From: the human T2T-CHM13v2.0 reference genome, Homo sapiens
Strand: one strand, 5' to 3'
Assembly: GCF_009914755.1 (NCBI RefSeq)
Contig: NC_060947.1
Length of the DNA stretch: 64,000 nt
The position numbers and the translations under genes are program-made. Below, in pieces: positions 45,041 through 60,539 of the stretch; positions within the stretch are counted from its first letter, which is position 1, and each line of letters begins with the position of its first letter. The notes beneath the pieces are model-generated. The model was given only the letters and a program-made list of their open reading frames with translations. It was not told the DNA's origin and ran no database searches.

Positions 45041-46239
45041 CCAAGGTTTGCTGATAGCAGTGCAGTGTGCCAGGGCCCCTCCTGGCCTTGGCTTCAGTCA
45101 GAGAAGCGGCAGTGGGCAATATGGGCGGTCTTTGGTACCTTGTATTCTTTGCTGTGATTTGGCAGCAGCTGGCAGCTGAGGCAGTAAGAATTGGCTGCTC
45201 TCCACTCTGGGGAGACAGCTGACCTCGGGGGCTCCCTGGGCTCAGATGCCCAGACGGTGACAGCTCTGGCCCTGCACCAGGCCTCCCCGGTTTGGCCTTC
45301 CACAGCGATGGTCAGTCCAGGTCACAGACACAGCAGCTCCATGCTTGGCTCTCGCCTTCTTCCCTCTCTTATGGCAACCCTTCCCTTCCAGTGTGCTGGG
45401 CGTCCCCCAGGAACCTGCAAGACAGACTTGACGGATACTTACTGCTGTGTCTGGGTGGCTGCTTTCAGCTCTGGGGTGGGGGTGGGGGCGGGATGGGGAG
45501 GAGAAGAGAGACAACCCAGAGATTTCAGTCCCGGAGCACAGGCCACATGAGCTCCGTTTCCACTTCATTTTAAAAATGCATCTACCCTCCTTCTTTCAGG
45601 CATGCAGATACTGAATTATAGGCTATTAGCCCTGGAAGGCACCTTAAAAATTATCTGTTCCACACATTTCCCCTTGCCCCCTGCACACACACACACACCC
45701 ACCACACCACGCTGTTCACTTTATAAACCAAGGAACAGGCTGAGAGAGAGAACAGGACCTGCCCGTGTGGCACAGACCTGGAACTAGAATTCACGGCTCC
45801 AAACCACGAGGCCAGTCCTTTCTCCGACATTGCACAGCCTCATAAATGACGTAAGATTTTGGCATCGTAACCATCTGTCTCAGGGTAAGGACCGGTGGAA
45901 AATAAAATTGCAAATTCTTTTCTATTCCAAACCATCACTTGATTAAGTGAGGGGATTGAGGCCACCGCAGCTGCCCACTTCCAGGGGGCTTGGTTCACAC
46001 TGGTTTCCCTGGAACTGGCACAACCCGACGATCTGTGGCAGAATTCTTGTTTGTTTTTGTTTTCAAAGACTCCTTGAGAAATCCTAGAAGTAGTGTGGGG
46101 TAAAGAGTGGAAGCCTCCCATTTTCCATCAGCATCACAGACAATTCCTCAAAGATGCTCCCTGGATTGAGGCTGCTCCTTTGCCCAAGGAATCTCTCCCG
46201 CTGCTTTTCACGACAACAAACTGCTTGGGATACAAGGTC

Positions 46240-46640
46240 CTTCAGTTACTTGGGACAGACAAGGAGCTGGAACAAACATCCCCTACATCTCCATGGCTTA
46301 ATGGAATGTGCAAAAGGCTTATTTCTTGCCCACTTCACATCCCAACCAGGCATTCCAGCAACAACCTTCCATGGGGTGATTCAGGGACCCAGGCTTCAGG
46401 CTTCTTCCATCCCGTGGCAAAGAGCACTACCAACTTCAATATGTGTCTTCCAAAGTCAAAGTAGAACAGAAACAGAAAATGGAGGATCCTGAGTGGAAGA
46501 TTTTTGGTTCAGGCACATCACTTCTACCTACTTTCCATAAGCTAGAACTCAGTCACATGGCCCTCACCTAACTTCAAGGAAGGTTGGGAAATGCAGTCTA
46601 GCAGGGAACCTAGGAAGCTGGAAAAATGGGTGTGGCAGGA
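46240..46640 (-). mobile_element. MLT1J/K-like LTR
   Basis: cagggacccaggct...gctagaactcagtcacatggcc...aaggttgggaaatgcagtct. Confidence 0.65.
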
Positions 46641-46698
46641 ACAGAGTAACCCTACCAGTCTTCAGTGTCTTACTATTGTCTTATTAAAAGTTCTTTTG

Positions 46699-47171
<473 letters not shown>

Positions 47172-47229
47172 TCAATCACTTCTCATTCTATAGGACCCCA
47201 TGGTTTTTGACTGTTTTCCTTTGCCTTCT

Positions 47230-47330
47230 TCATTCATTCAACAAATATTATTGAGCACCTACCATATGCTAGGCCTGGCTTCACAGCAGTGAACCAAACA
47301 GACCAACTCCCAGTGCTCCTGGAGCTGACA
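47230..47330 (-). mobile_element. L2 3' end
   Basis: ttcattcattcaacaaatattattgagcacctac. Confidence 0.8.
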
Positions 47331-47609
47331 TTACGCTTAATTCTCTCCCTGCAAACTGTTTTATTTCTTCTTTGTGCCCATGGTCCTGAGGATCGCTTTG
47401 TCATTGTGCTGGATATAATGGTGCTGGCACTTCCAGTCCTCCTCTTGCAGGGCTGTGGAGGGGCCATGTTGTCCTGTGGCTTCTCCAATTGCTATTTCTG
47501 CCCCTCTCCCCAGCTGGTGACCCCATCTTCTACCTACAGGATGCCTGGACAACTGGTTTACGCAGTCACTTGTGAGAGAGGGGATTCCTGTCCATCATTC
47601 AGACCAAGT

Positions 47610-47960
47610 GCCTTACTTTGGGTTCCCCTAAAAGCAGACCCAGAGACAGGATTTGGGTGTCAGTGGTTTATTTGGAAGTGAGCCCAGGAAGCACCAGTAA
47701 GGAAATGAGAAAGTGAGATGGGGAGAGGAGAAAGGCCAATAAAGGGTGAGTGTTTGAGCTGGTTACTACTGTGGGCAACTGGAGCACAATGCTACCGCAC
47801 ACTTCTGAGAGACAGCATGGAACATATTTCTGAATTGACCCACCAAGGGCAAAGAAGCTCACTATTTCTCCATCAACTCTTTGATGGTCATTGCTTGAGG
47901 GAGGTTAACTCCCCTACAGCTCCAGGCCTGCCCCACAGGCAGCCAATCACAGAATGCCCT
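47610..47960 (-). mobile_element. ERVL LTR (LTR16/LTR33-like)
   Basis: tgccttactttgggttccctaaaagcagacccagagacaggatttg...ggccaataaagggtg...actgtgggcaactgg. Confidence 0.7.
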
Positions 47961-48240
47961 CAAGCAGAAAGACTTAGGAAGCTAAGAGTGGGGCAACTAA
48001 CAGTTACCGATACCCAGAGACCAAAGCTCAGTTCCTCCAAGTGTGGTCCAGGACCCTCCACTCAGAAATCACTAGTGCATAATGCATGCATAAAGTGCAT
48101 AATGCAACTCATTATGTACTTCCCCAGCTCCACAGACCTTCGGGTTCAGAGTATCTGAGGAGGGACTGTAGCAGACACTTATTACACACTCTCTACGTGA
48201 GTGATGCCCATCAAAGATTGTGACTCAAGAAAAACATCCA

Positions 48241-48540
<300 letters not shown>

Positions 48541-48551
48541 AAAACATCCAA

Positions 48552-49030
48552 ATTCCCCACCATGGCCCACAAGACCTTCCTGACCTGGCCCTGCCTATCA
48601 ATTAGACCCTGTATCCACCTCTTCCTCTCTCCATATTTGGCACCCTCTGATCCAGCCACATTGGCCTTTTTGCTGAGCCCTCCAAGCATGGTCCAGCCTC
48701 AAGGCCCTGGCATTGGCTTTTCCCACCATCCTATGCGCCTCTCTCTTCCCCATCTGCCTCACCTTGTCTGGTTCTCTACTCAAAAGCCCTTCCCTGACTA
48801 CCTTGTCTTAAATGGCCTCCCACACACTCTCCTTGTTCAATTTGACATCTCTCTATGCAAGCTATAGGAGACATTCATTCACTTATTTGTTTGTTGCCTG
48901 GCTTCCCCACTAGAGTGGAAGCATCCTGAGGACAGGGACCTTTGCTGCTTTGTTCACCACTCAATCATCTTGCCCAGAACTGAGCTTGGTACATTGTAAG
49001 ATGCCCAGGAAATATCGGGGGAACAAACAG
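48552..49030 (+). mobile_element. L2 3' region
   Basis: catggcccacaagaccttcctgacctggccc...ccccactagagtggaagcatcctgaggacagggacc. Confidence 0.8.
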
Positions 49031-49429
49031 ATTTCTATTAATTCTATGTGGGTGGAATATCTGAGTACCTCCACCAGCTTCACGATTTAACTTTAGGAGT
49101 AGTCACCTCCTCATACATGAGGAGGAAATTGGACACAAGGGGCAAGGGTGGTTTTTCCAAGGCAGCAGCCTCAGACTCTAAAAAAGAAAGCCTTTAAAAC
49201 TACTTCCAACCTCACCTCACACACCCCATCAGCCCCCCAAGAACCCACACCTAACTATCCACTGACCTCTGGGACTCTCAGGTCAGGCCTACGAAGAGAG
49301 ACAACGTGAAAACCAGGAACCTAGGATCTTGAGCTGGGAAATTGGGCGTGGCGGGGGAGAAGGGGTGGAAGAAGCACACTGATTTAACTCTGTATCCCCA
49401 GTCCAAAGCACCCGCAATCAGGAGTCCAT

Positions 49430-49600
49430 AAATTAGAATGAACCCATTCTAAGCCCAGCTCAGCCTCTGTTTCCTCATCTGTAAAATGGGTACAGTACTT
49501 ACCTGTGAACATTGTTGCAAGAAGTAAGGGAGTTCATTAAATTCACATGGAAATACTTAGCATAGTACTTGGTGCATGGTAAGTGCTCAATAAATGCTAT
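49430..49600 (+). mobile_element. MIR SINE
   Basis: cctctgtttcctcatctgtaaaatggg...gtaagtgctcaataaatgcta. Confidence 0.85.
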
Positions 49601-50749
49601 CTTAGGATATCTTAGGATTCTTTTTCCTCTTACTATAGTGCACATGGCACAGGGCCTGGCACAGAGGAAGCCCCGGAAAAGGAAAGGTGGTTTTGACCTG
49701 GTCCCTGGGGTCTCTCAGGTTTGGAAGAACCCAACAGTGAAGTGGTAGTTACCACCTAAGATGAGCACAGCGAGAGGGGTGGGGAGACCCTGCCCCAGAA
49801 CCCCAAGGAAAGAATCGGTGCTAACTTTACTGCTCGGGCCTTTGGGAGGATGAATGCAAGTTGGCCGAGCCACTATTCTGGTATGCTCGCACTGCAGTTC
49901 CCAAGGAGAAGGCTTGGAAAGGCTCTTACACAATTGCCATCACCCAGCAGGGCGATTTCTTATATGTACTTCACCAAGTCCCCACTTAGAAACTCTATGG
50001 AAAAGGAAGACAATTCTCACAACCTCCATCATTTCCATCTGCAACCTTAGAACTTCATACTCACTCATTTTTATGAACATTGCTCTTTGATCCAGACCCC
50101 TCAACAGGAAATTTGGGGCCAAGACATGGCCCAACTTTGTCTTTTATTTGCCCCTTTTCTGGGACCTGCCACTTTGTCGTGGTGGTCAGCTAAAAGTGGG
50201 ATTTGGCAAGATCTCACAGGGGAAAGATTATGAGATTTCAGTTGCTTCTTGTGTTTCAACCTCCTTTCTGATCTGGGAGGGGGAGAAAAAACCAGCCCAC
50301 GTGGGCGACTCAGAAAACAAGCCGAGATAAGAGCTTATTGACAGGCTGGGCTAGCAGGCCCTTCATTCACACCGCTTCAAAGACAAACACTTTCCGTTTG
50401 TCGATTTGTTTTAGGCCTTGCAGAATCTGCAACTCTGTGGCCTTGACTCTAAAAATAAATCTCCTGCTATAATGACGAGGCTGTTGCAAAGAGGAAGGCA
50501 TGCAGAGAAGGGAAGACGGAGGGAGGCAAAGCTGAGAGCAGGCGGGAGAGAAACCGAATACCCAAACAGGAAGAAGGGACATAGGGAAATGGCCCTGGCT
50601 GCTTCCTCCCAACCAACAGCCGGCCCCGTTGCAAAAGCCAGCAGCACCGGGAGGATGCAGCCACCAGGGCCTGGGGTTTATTAGAACCCAACCCTGCAGG
50701 AGGACTGCAGGCCTATCTAGCCATTTTGCCCTCTGTGACCCTGCTACTA

Positions 50750-50905
50750 ACTGTGGTCTACAGACTGGGCTGATCAGCTGCCTCAGTGTCACCTGGGGGC
50801 TTGTTAGAAATGCAAATTCTCCAGCCCCACCCTCGACCTGCGGAACCCGAATCTGCATCTTAACAAAATCCCTGGGTGATTCATATGCGCATTAGTTCGA
50901 GAAGC
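50750..50905. mobile_element. MER5A MITE
   Basis: cacctgggggcttgttagaaatgcaaattctccagcccc...ttaacaaaatccctgggtgattcatatgc. Confidence 0.85.
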
Positions 50906-52109
50906 CGGGGCCGGGTCCCTGGTGTTTCACCGAATGCAGCATAGATGAGTCAAACAGCCTCTTAATACTTCTCTCTGCAAACAAGAGGTGAGCTCCTCCC
51001 CCACTGAGGGCCTTACTTCGAGAACTTTGGATAGAGGAAGATAGAGGCATCAGTTAGGTCTCTTGTGGAGCGCAGTTCATTTTGTGAGAATATTGCATTC
51101 CCCACCCACCCCCAGGATCATTAGGAATTTCTGACCCATTTTATGATCATCCAACATTCACACGGATGCAGGGTGCAAACTCATTAAAGGACTCGTTACT
51201 CCAAGGGGTCTCTCTTGGAATTGTCCTTTGGGTTCTTCCCTCCCACCCTCATTGCTTTGTTTCTCCTTTTCTGTCTGAAATGTTTCCCATCTCCTCATCT
51301 TTTTGAAACTCCATTTCATGGCCCTGATGCTGAGATTTTGATACATGCTGACACCCCCTCCCTCTTCATTCTCCCCTCCCCTTATGTCTCACTGACATAT
51401 TTCAACTCCCTCCTACTGTTCTCATCAGTTCTCTGAAGAGACCATCTTTTCCTCCTCTCTGCCTTGGTGGTCATAAACTCGGTTATTTAGTGTGGATTCT
51501 GGTTCCCCTCGCTCCTGCCGAGGCCAGGCAGGTGAACAATCAGGCCATTGTTTAGATGTGGAGCAGGTGACAAATAGTTATGGTTGCTCTTTGTTGTAAT
51601 TCTAAATAGTGGCTGTCACTCATCATTGACTATAAAATGTACAAATGTGAATGATAAGAAAGAACATAACTGTGCCCCATCTTATCAAATTTATTTTAGC
51701 TGTGCTTTAAAATCAATTTAATTTGTAAATTATTCATGGCATGTAGCAACTATTACAGACTTGCACTACCAAAACCTATGCTTTAAAGATTGTACTAACT
51801 TTTTCAAGGCATTCTGTAAATGCTTTTTATTATTTTTTATTATGGAAGTAATGCGTATCTATTTTAGAAAATGTGGATACTACAGATGAGCAAAAATAAT
51901 TATTTTATTATTGTCACCTTTAATCCTATGACCAAGAAAATCACTGTTAACATTTTAGTATATATCATTTCAGTCTTTTTTCATTCTATACATATACACA
52001 CTTACATGGACAGCTCTCTCTCTTTTTTAGTGTCGTTGTATGTGCCAGGTTGTCACCCAAAGTGGCCGCCATCAATTCCTTCCCCCCTTGTACTGGAGGC
52101 CTTCCCACC

Positions 52110-52302
52110 CACCGCGTTCTGGAGCAGCATCAGGTCTGCCCTCCAGAGCCAACTGTATGCATTCTTTCCGACTCTGCATTTGGTGACATCCTGTTGATAG
52201 CTTGAGATCAGCCATGCTAGAAAATGCTACCAATCAGGGTTTTGTTTTTGCTTCGTTTTTTTTCCAAGTCATGCGGTTGTTAAACATTTACCAGCATACT
52301 GC
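52110..52302. mobile_element. MER63-like hAT-Blackjack element
   Basis: cggttgttaaacatttaccagcatactgct is the reverse complement of a MER63 terminus. Confidence 0.6.
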
Positions 52303-53391
52303 TTTGTCGTTAGATGCCCAAGGCCACCTTCGTGGGCACACGACCCGAGCAGTCACACAGGACCCTGTGATCAGAATGGCCTCACTTGGGTTTAATACTC
52401 TGCTGTCTTCATCTTAAAATTCTTAATAATTTAATGTTTGAGCCCGTGCTTTGTAAGTGAAGTCTGATGGAACAACGGAGCATGCGCGTGAGTAGAGGAG
52501 ATACAGACGATACGTGTGTCTGAGTTTTTTGTGGCTCCATTAGCATATGGTGTTGATGATGCCCCCTGAGCACAGAATTCTGGTGAGCCCACAATGCATG
52601 GGAGTTCAGCGAGATTCAATGCCAGTACAAGGTAAGCATTTTATATCTATGGAGGAAGTGGGGAGCTGACAGCCCTGAGAGGCCACACTTTCCATTTGAA
52701 ACAGTACTTGATTGAGACGCAAAAAAAACAGAAGGCGATGATGGCATTTGAAAAAAACACAAATGACCAAGGCACCCTCTCATATTTTTTCTTGTGTTAC
52801 TTCCATGTCTTAGCCAACCACTTACACTAAAAAGAGTGACATGGAAGGAAAGGGAAAGATAAAGCAGCCCATAATCTCTTTTCCTTCCAGTCCTTTCTGA
52901 CTCATCGGTAAGCTGAAGGCACAGTCTTGGTAGAATGCAAGCATAGCAAGAAGTCAAATAAAACAGTTTCCACTGTTCGGGTAAGAACAAAATACATATG
53001 CATGTATGAGCTCCGAAACACAAATTGTGTAATTTCAGTGATTCTGCATACTAGTTAAATGCTCTTATATTTGCATTTAAAACTGACATTGCACAATATA
53101 TAGATAAATGGTACATTCATGTTAATAATTTACAATTTTAATTTTTCTTTACTTAGAAGCACATTAAATAGTAAATAAACACCATAAGTCAAGAGAGAGC
53201 ACATGGGAGAAAGAAAAAAGCTTTATATTCCAGTGCCTGCTGTGGTTCAAATGTTTTTGTCTCCTCCAAAATTCATGTTGAAACTTAACCCCCAATGCAA
53301 CAGTATTGGGGGGTGGGGCCTTTGGGAGGTGATTGAGTCATGAGGGCTCTGCCCTCATGAATGGGATCAAGTGCCCTTATAAAAGGGCTTG

Positions 53392-54129
<738 letters not shown>

Positions 54130-54304
54130 AAATTTCTGTTCTTTAAAAATGACCCAATCTCAGATATTTTGTTACAGCAGCAAAAACAAAGATGGAAACT
54201 TGAATGGCATTTATTCTTGTTTAGTTTTGGTTTTGTTTTTATCATGGGACCCTTCATTTTTATTTTGCAGTGGGCCTCTCAAGTTGTGAAGCCAGCTGTG
54301 ACCA

Positions 54305-54727
54305 TGCCACTTCCCCCACTGAGGGATGGAGTCTATTCCTCTGCCTCTTGAATCTAGTCTGGCCTATGACTACTTTAACCAGTAGAATTCCATAGAAAAG
54401 GACTATGTCAGTTGCACACTTCACCTTGAAGAGGACTGGAGGTTTTCACTTCCTGCCTCTTGGAGCCCTGAGCCAGCATGAATAAAGTCTAGGCTACTCT
54501 GCTGGAGAGAGGGACATAAGGGTGTCAGACGTGTAAGGGAAGAAGCCACCTCACACACCTCAGCCCTAGCTGCCTTCTAACTGCAACCACCTGAGAGACC
54601 CCAGGCAAAAACCACCCAGCCAAGCTCTGTTGACCAACAGAATCATGAGAGATAATAAGAAATAACAATTATGTAATGCCACTAAGCTTCAAGATGACTT
54701 GTTCAGCAGTAAGAGATAACTAGAACA
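54305..54727 (+). mobile_element. MLT1G/H-like LTR; its 3' end lies inside the tandem triplication
   Basis: gtctattcctctgcctcttgaatct...tgactactttaaccagtagaat...ctggagaga...gccactaag...agataactagaaca. Confidence 0.7.
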
Positions 54728-55087
54728 GTGTCCCTCCCCTTTTATAACCTGTGTTTTTAGATTTCAAAAAGAAAATTCTAGATTTATTTCTTCCAGGAAA
54801 TCATAATGCTAAGTAGCAAATACTATGACGTAGTAAGAGATAACTAGAACAGTGTCCCTCCCCTTTTATAACCTGTGTTTTTAGATTTCAAAAAGAAAAT
54901 TCTAGATTTATTTCTTCCAGGAAATCATAATGCTAAGTAGCAAATACTATGACGTAGTAAGAGATAAGTAGAACAGTGTCCCTCCCCTTTTATAACCTGT
55001 GTTTTTAGATTTCAAAAAGAAAATTCTAGATTTATTTCTTCCAGGAAATCATAATGCTAAGTAGCAAATACTATGACGTAGTAAGAG
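54708..55087. repeat. Tandem triplication, 124-bp unit x3 plus 8 bp
   Basis: units start at 54708, 54832 and 54956; only visible difference is C>G at 54968; agtaagag recurs at 55080. Confidence 0.97.
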
Positions 55088-55166
55088 TAGATCTCAAAGT
55101 GTTGTGTGCCTGAGATTTATTGGGCTGGGGCGGGGGGATGGGGGGATGCATTAAAAGTGCAGCTCC

Positions 55167-55493
<327 letters not shown>

Positions 55494-56269
55494 TCAGAGT
55501 CAGTAAATCTGGGGTTATGGCCAAGGAATCTGTATGTTTACAAGCCCCCACATGATCCTAAGGCAGGCCTTTGGTGAACCATAGTTTTCAGAACACTGTT
55601 TCAGGGAGTACCAGTCCATGGTGGCAATGGGATATTGTTTTCAGTGTCAGAAGATTCCTATAGCTGCCCCACATCGAATTTTAGTATTTGATGATGGCCT
55701 GGGTGGGTTAACTGAAATAAAGATGGCCTGCCCATCACAGAACTTTCCTCATCAGACATTTGAAAAACAACAGAGAAAGCAAAAGACAGACTACTGTTCT
55801 TACATGTTGAACAGAAACTTATTCGGTCAGAGTAAGTGTACTACTCATAGAAGCATACATGGGAGTTGAGAGAGAGACTACCAGTTTTCCGCCTGCACCA
55901 GTCTCTTCCTTTCTGTCATCATTGCCAAAAGAGACATGGGTGGCCCCAAAATGTCACTGGGTTTCAGTTCTTCAGAGGGAAATGCTTCTCCTGGCAATGA
56001 CAGAAGTGCAAAAGGGCAAGCCCAACCACGCAACCACATTTCAAGCTAGAAGGACAAAAGGAGGAGATGGTAGAAATACAACCCAGAAGCTGAGGCCACC
56101 TGGCAAAAGCTGGCACCACAGAGGAGCCCCAGCTGCTGCACGGATGCCACTCAGTGCAGAGAATGGGGAAGAGTTACCCTGGCGTCCTCCTGCATCTGGC
56201 CCCACTGACTTCCATCAGTGTCTCCCATTGGCCAGGCATACCAGGAAAGCAGAGGACATGGGTGCTGGG

Positions 56270-56807
56270 GAAATGGAGTTCTCTGTTGAGACAAAGCAGG
56301 GTGCGAAAGGGCAGGCATGGATCTGGGAGCAAACAGGTGACTGCAACAGCATTCACTTGGCCCACATCTGTCTGCACATCCAGGCAAGGCACTGCCCAAG
56401 CACTTTAGCGGTCACTGTCATTGCCCCACCCCTATCCCCTTGGCACTGACTGAGCCCAGGAAGAAGCATCTTACTGGAGACGCTTGCAGCTCTGCCTGAG
56501 GTCGTTTCCTGGCCACAGGAGCCTGCTCGGGCTGCCCACTGGGCAGGCTGAAGGCTTGGGGAGTTGGCGTTCTGGGAGTAACCCTTCATCAACAGTGTAC
56601 AGGAGTTGGTGGCTACTTACTGCAGCTTTCTCACCCCTCCAGGTCCTCAGTGGGACTGGGTCCCAGCTGCTCACAGTTCTATCTGCTCATTAGTCAACAT
56701 TCTGCGTTGACTTCCTCTCCTTCCTTTTCATACCCACTCCCATTCCAAACGAACTCCTTGCATGGGTTTGTCCAGGACCTAACCCTAGGAGAAGCCAGTC
56801 TAAGACA
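56270..56807 (+). mobile_element. ERVL LTR16-like
   Basis: ttctgggagtaaccct...cctcagtgggactggg...ctaggagaagccagtctaagaca terminus; 5' boundary uncertain. Confidence 0.5.
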
Positions 56808-57929
56808 AACACCCCAACTCAACTCACAGCCAGCATTCGTGCCTTGTTGCCAGCATGCCCCGCAGCAGCCCAGAACCAGAGTGGTGGCAGTAAACCAGCC
56901 CCCAAGGCCAGAGAAGGCAGGCCAGGGCTGGGCCTCCCTGTATCCCTCCCTGGGATTTACAACCCTCCAGCCCTATTTGGCTCCTCCCACCCACGACAGA
57001 ACATCTTCCCTTTCTTTCCTTCCAAGACAGGAAGAGCAGGATGAGAGAGGCTCAGGGACCCCCAACAGTAGAAGTCAAGGGCAGACTTGGGCGTGGAACA
57101 TTCTCCCACAATCTCTATCCCATTCCCACTGCCACGCCCCATGATCTGCCCCCAGCACCCCACGAGAGGCCGCTCCTCCTCAGAGGGGAGTGAGTTAAGT
57201 GTCGCATTACCAAGGAACTGCCACAGTAGCCACCAAAGTGACTGCTCGTTATTTGAACACTTTCTTCTATTTGACTGAATACAGGAAAAATGTCACAAAT
57301 AGAATATTCATCATCCCCCTCGCGCGCCTTTTCTTCCCGGCTTATCTCCCTGCTGTCATGTATGAATCCCGGCTTCAGGTTCATTTGGTATGTTGAGTGC
57401 ATGCCCGGGGAGAGGATGCGCTGAAAGGCTTGCGCACATGCTCCGTGCCGCGCGACAGCCCTCCCTCCCCACTGGTGACACCCCACCAGACAAACGCCAC
57501 TCACAGTGACCCTCAAGGGTAGGACACCGTCTGCCTAAGTGGAGGGGCCTTCTGCTCCATGCAGAGGGAACATAAAGGACCTGAGGAGCCTTCACAGCCA
57601 TTTAGTGATTCTCGGCATGTCACTTTTACAGACACCTCAGCTTCCAGAGCTTTTATCCTCAGGTGCTTCTTAGAAGACGCAGGATGGCATCCCCACCCCA
57701 CTTCAAACACCGTCTGTTTCAAGATCCTCAGAGGGGCTAACGCCGCCTGCCAATTTCTCAGCTAGAGTCATCAGCGTGCAGCGTCTCTCTCTGCCTCCTT
57801 TCCATCAGTGCCAGAGACTCCCCCAGCCCGCTCCTCCTCCAGCCAGGCCCCATCCTGCAGATTGCCATGTCAGGCTGCAGGGAACACGTTTCTAGGACTG
57901 GAAAATCAAAGTACTTATTGCCCTGACAA

Positions 57930-58390
57930 TTAGATATTATGTTCAACTGCAGTAACACAAACCTGAAAACCAATGGCTTAAACAAGGGAGGGTTTTTTTT
58001 TCTTCTTTTTCTCCAGTAATATCATTCCAGAAGTGGGCCAGCAAGGGCTGATATGGCCAATCTACGAGGCCACCAAAGACCCAGCCTTTTTCTCCTTCAT
58101 TCTTAGGATATGACCATCACCCCATGCTCTTATTAATAAGACGGCCACTGAAACTCCAGCCATCACATCCAAATTCCTCACAGGATAAAAAAAGAAGGGC
58201 AGAATGGAAGTCCCAAGCTGAATGAGCCTCTCTTATAAAGAGCTTTCCCAGAAATCCCACCCAAGAACTCCAGCCATACCTTGTTGGCAGGTCTGTGTCA
58301 CATGACCATCCCTAGCTGCAAGGGAGGCTGGGAAATCTAAGCTTTTAGCTGAGCACGCTGCCATCATGCATGCAATTTCAGTTCTGTTAG
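57930..58390 (-). mobile_element. MLT1J/K-like LTR
   Basis: tgcagtaacaca...atggcttaaacaa...ctccagccatcacatcc...gtcacatgaccatccctagctgcaagggaggctgggaaat. Confidence 0.7.
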
Positions 58391-58391
58391 T

Positions 58392-58781
58392 GTTATGGGC
58401 TAAGTTGCTTTCCCTCCAAATTCATACGCTAAACTCTTAACCACCCACACCTCAAAATGTGACTGTATTTGGAGATAGGGCCTTTACAGAGGTGATTAAG
58501 GTAAAATGAGGTCATTAGGTTGGGCTCGAATTCACTATGAGTGGTGTCGTTATGAAAAGAGGAAATTAGGACACAGACATGTGCATACAGGAAATACCAT
58601 GTGAAGACACAGCGAGAAGACGGCCATGTGCAAGCCAAGGAGAGAGGCCTCAGAAGGAATCAACCCTGCCGAGACCTTGATCTCAGATTTCCAGCCTCCA
58701 GACTGTGCGAAAATCCATCTCTGTTGTTTAAGCCCCCCGGTGTGTGGTCCTTTGTTATGGCAGCCAGAGCAGACTAATCCA
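58392..58781 (+). mobile_element. MLT1A0/B solo LTR
   Basis: tgttatgggct...gtgactgtatttggagatagggcc...ttccagcctccagactgtg...tttgttatggcagcc...gactaatcca. Confidence 0.85.
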
Positions 58782-59661
58782 GATAGTAAGGAAGGAGAGA
58801 AGACCGGCTGTGGGTGGGCAATTAGCAAGACCTGGTGCATTTGGGGAGGCCAGGTCTTTATTACCTGGCCTTTTAAAGATATCTTTAAAGAACCTCGGCA
58901 TACTTTTTCAAAGATCTCTTTTAAGATATTGTTTATCAGGTGGTGTCCTGAGGGCCTGCACCATCCCCACCCTTCCCGGCTCTCCCCAGCATTTCTCTTC
59001 CCTAGAAATGCTTGTGTAAAAACTGCGGCCTCTCTGGAATGATTTGAGAAGTACTGAAATAGCCATCCCTCCCTTCCATTGGCCATAAATAGCCTGAAAG
59101 TCTAAAGTTAGTGCTTCATTCCTTTGGTTAATCCATTATCCGTATGAAAGTGCAAATTAACTGGCAAATGATCCAGGTCTCATGAGCCCAGAGCAGGTTT
59201 GGATGGAGGGAGAGAGCACAGGACAGGGTCAGGGGTGGGAAGGGAGAACCAAAAAGCCAGAGGCCAGGAGGGCACAGAAGTCCCAGGTGGGGCTGCTACC
59301 AGCAGAGGAGTCTCTCAAACACTCTGGGCCTGTCCTACTTTGCTAAAAGGGAACATAGGAAGGTGCTGGGGTCAGGATCCAAATTTTCCCAGGGAAGACC
59401 CTGTACCTCTGCCCCATCCTAATGAAACTACATTTAGACACCACCTTTCTATACCTTCACTCCCCTGCGTTCCCTCACTTGCCCTCCAAGCTTCTCTATG
59501 GGAAAGCCCTAGAGAGTTGGATTGGGATGTCCTGCCTCCCCTTAGGTGCCCATGACACTGGTTCCCTCATGTGGGATGTCACAGACATGAGCCTCTGCCT
59601 TTGCTGAGTATGACAGAATATCTTGAAGAATTCTTTCAGAAAATGTTAAATTTCCCAAGTC

Positions 59662-60520
<859 letters not shown>

Positions 60521-60539
60521 TGAATATTAATTGGCCAGT

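Noticed and set aside
54708-55087. CRISPR-like array
   Set aside because: The units are contiguous 124-bp copies without unique spacers, no cas genes are present, and the context is eukaryotic.
55859-56449. 196-aa ORF
   Set aside because: It overlaps LTR-like relics and has no gag, pol or env motifs or other recognisable homology.
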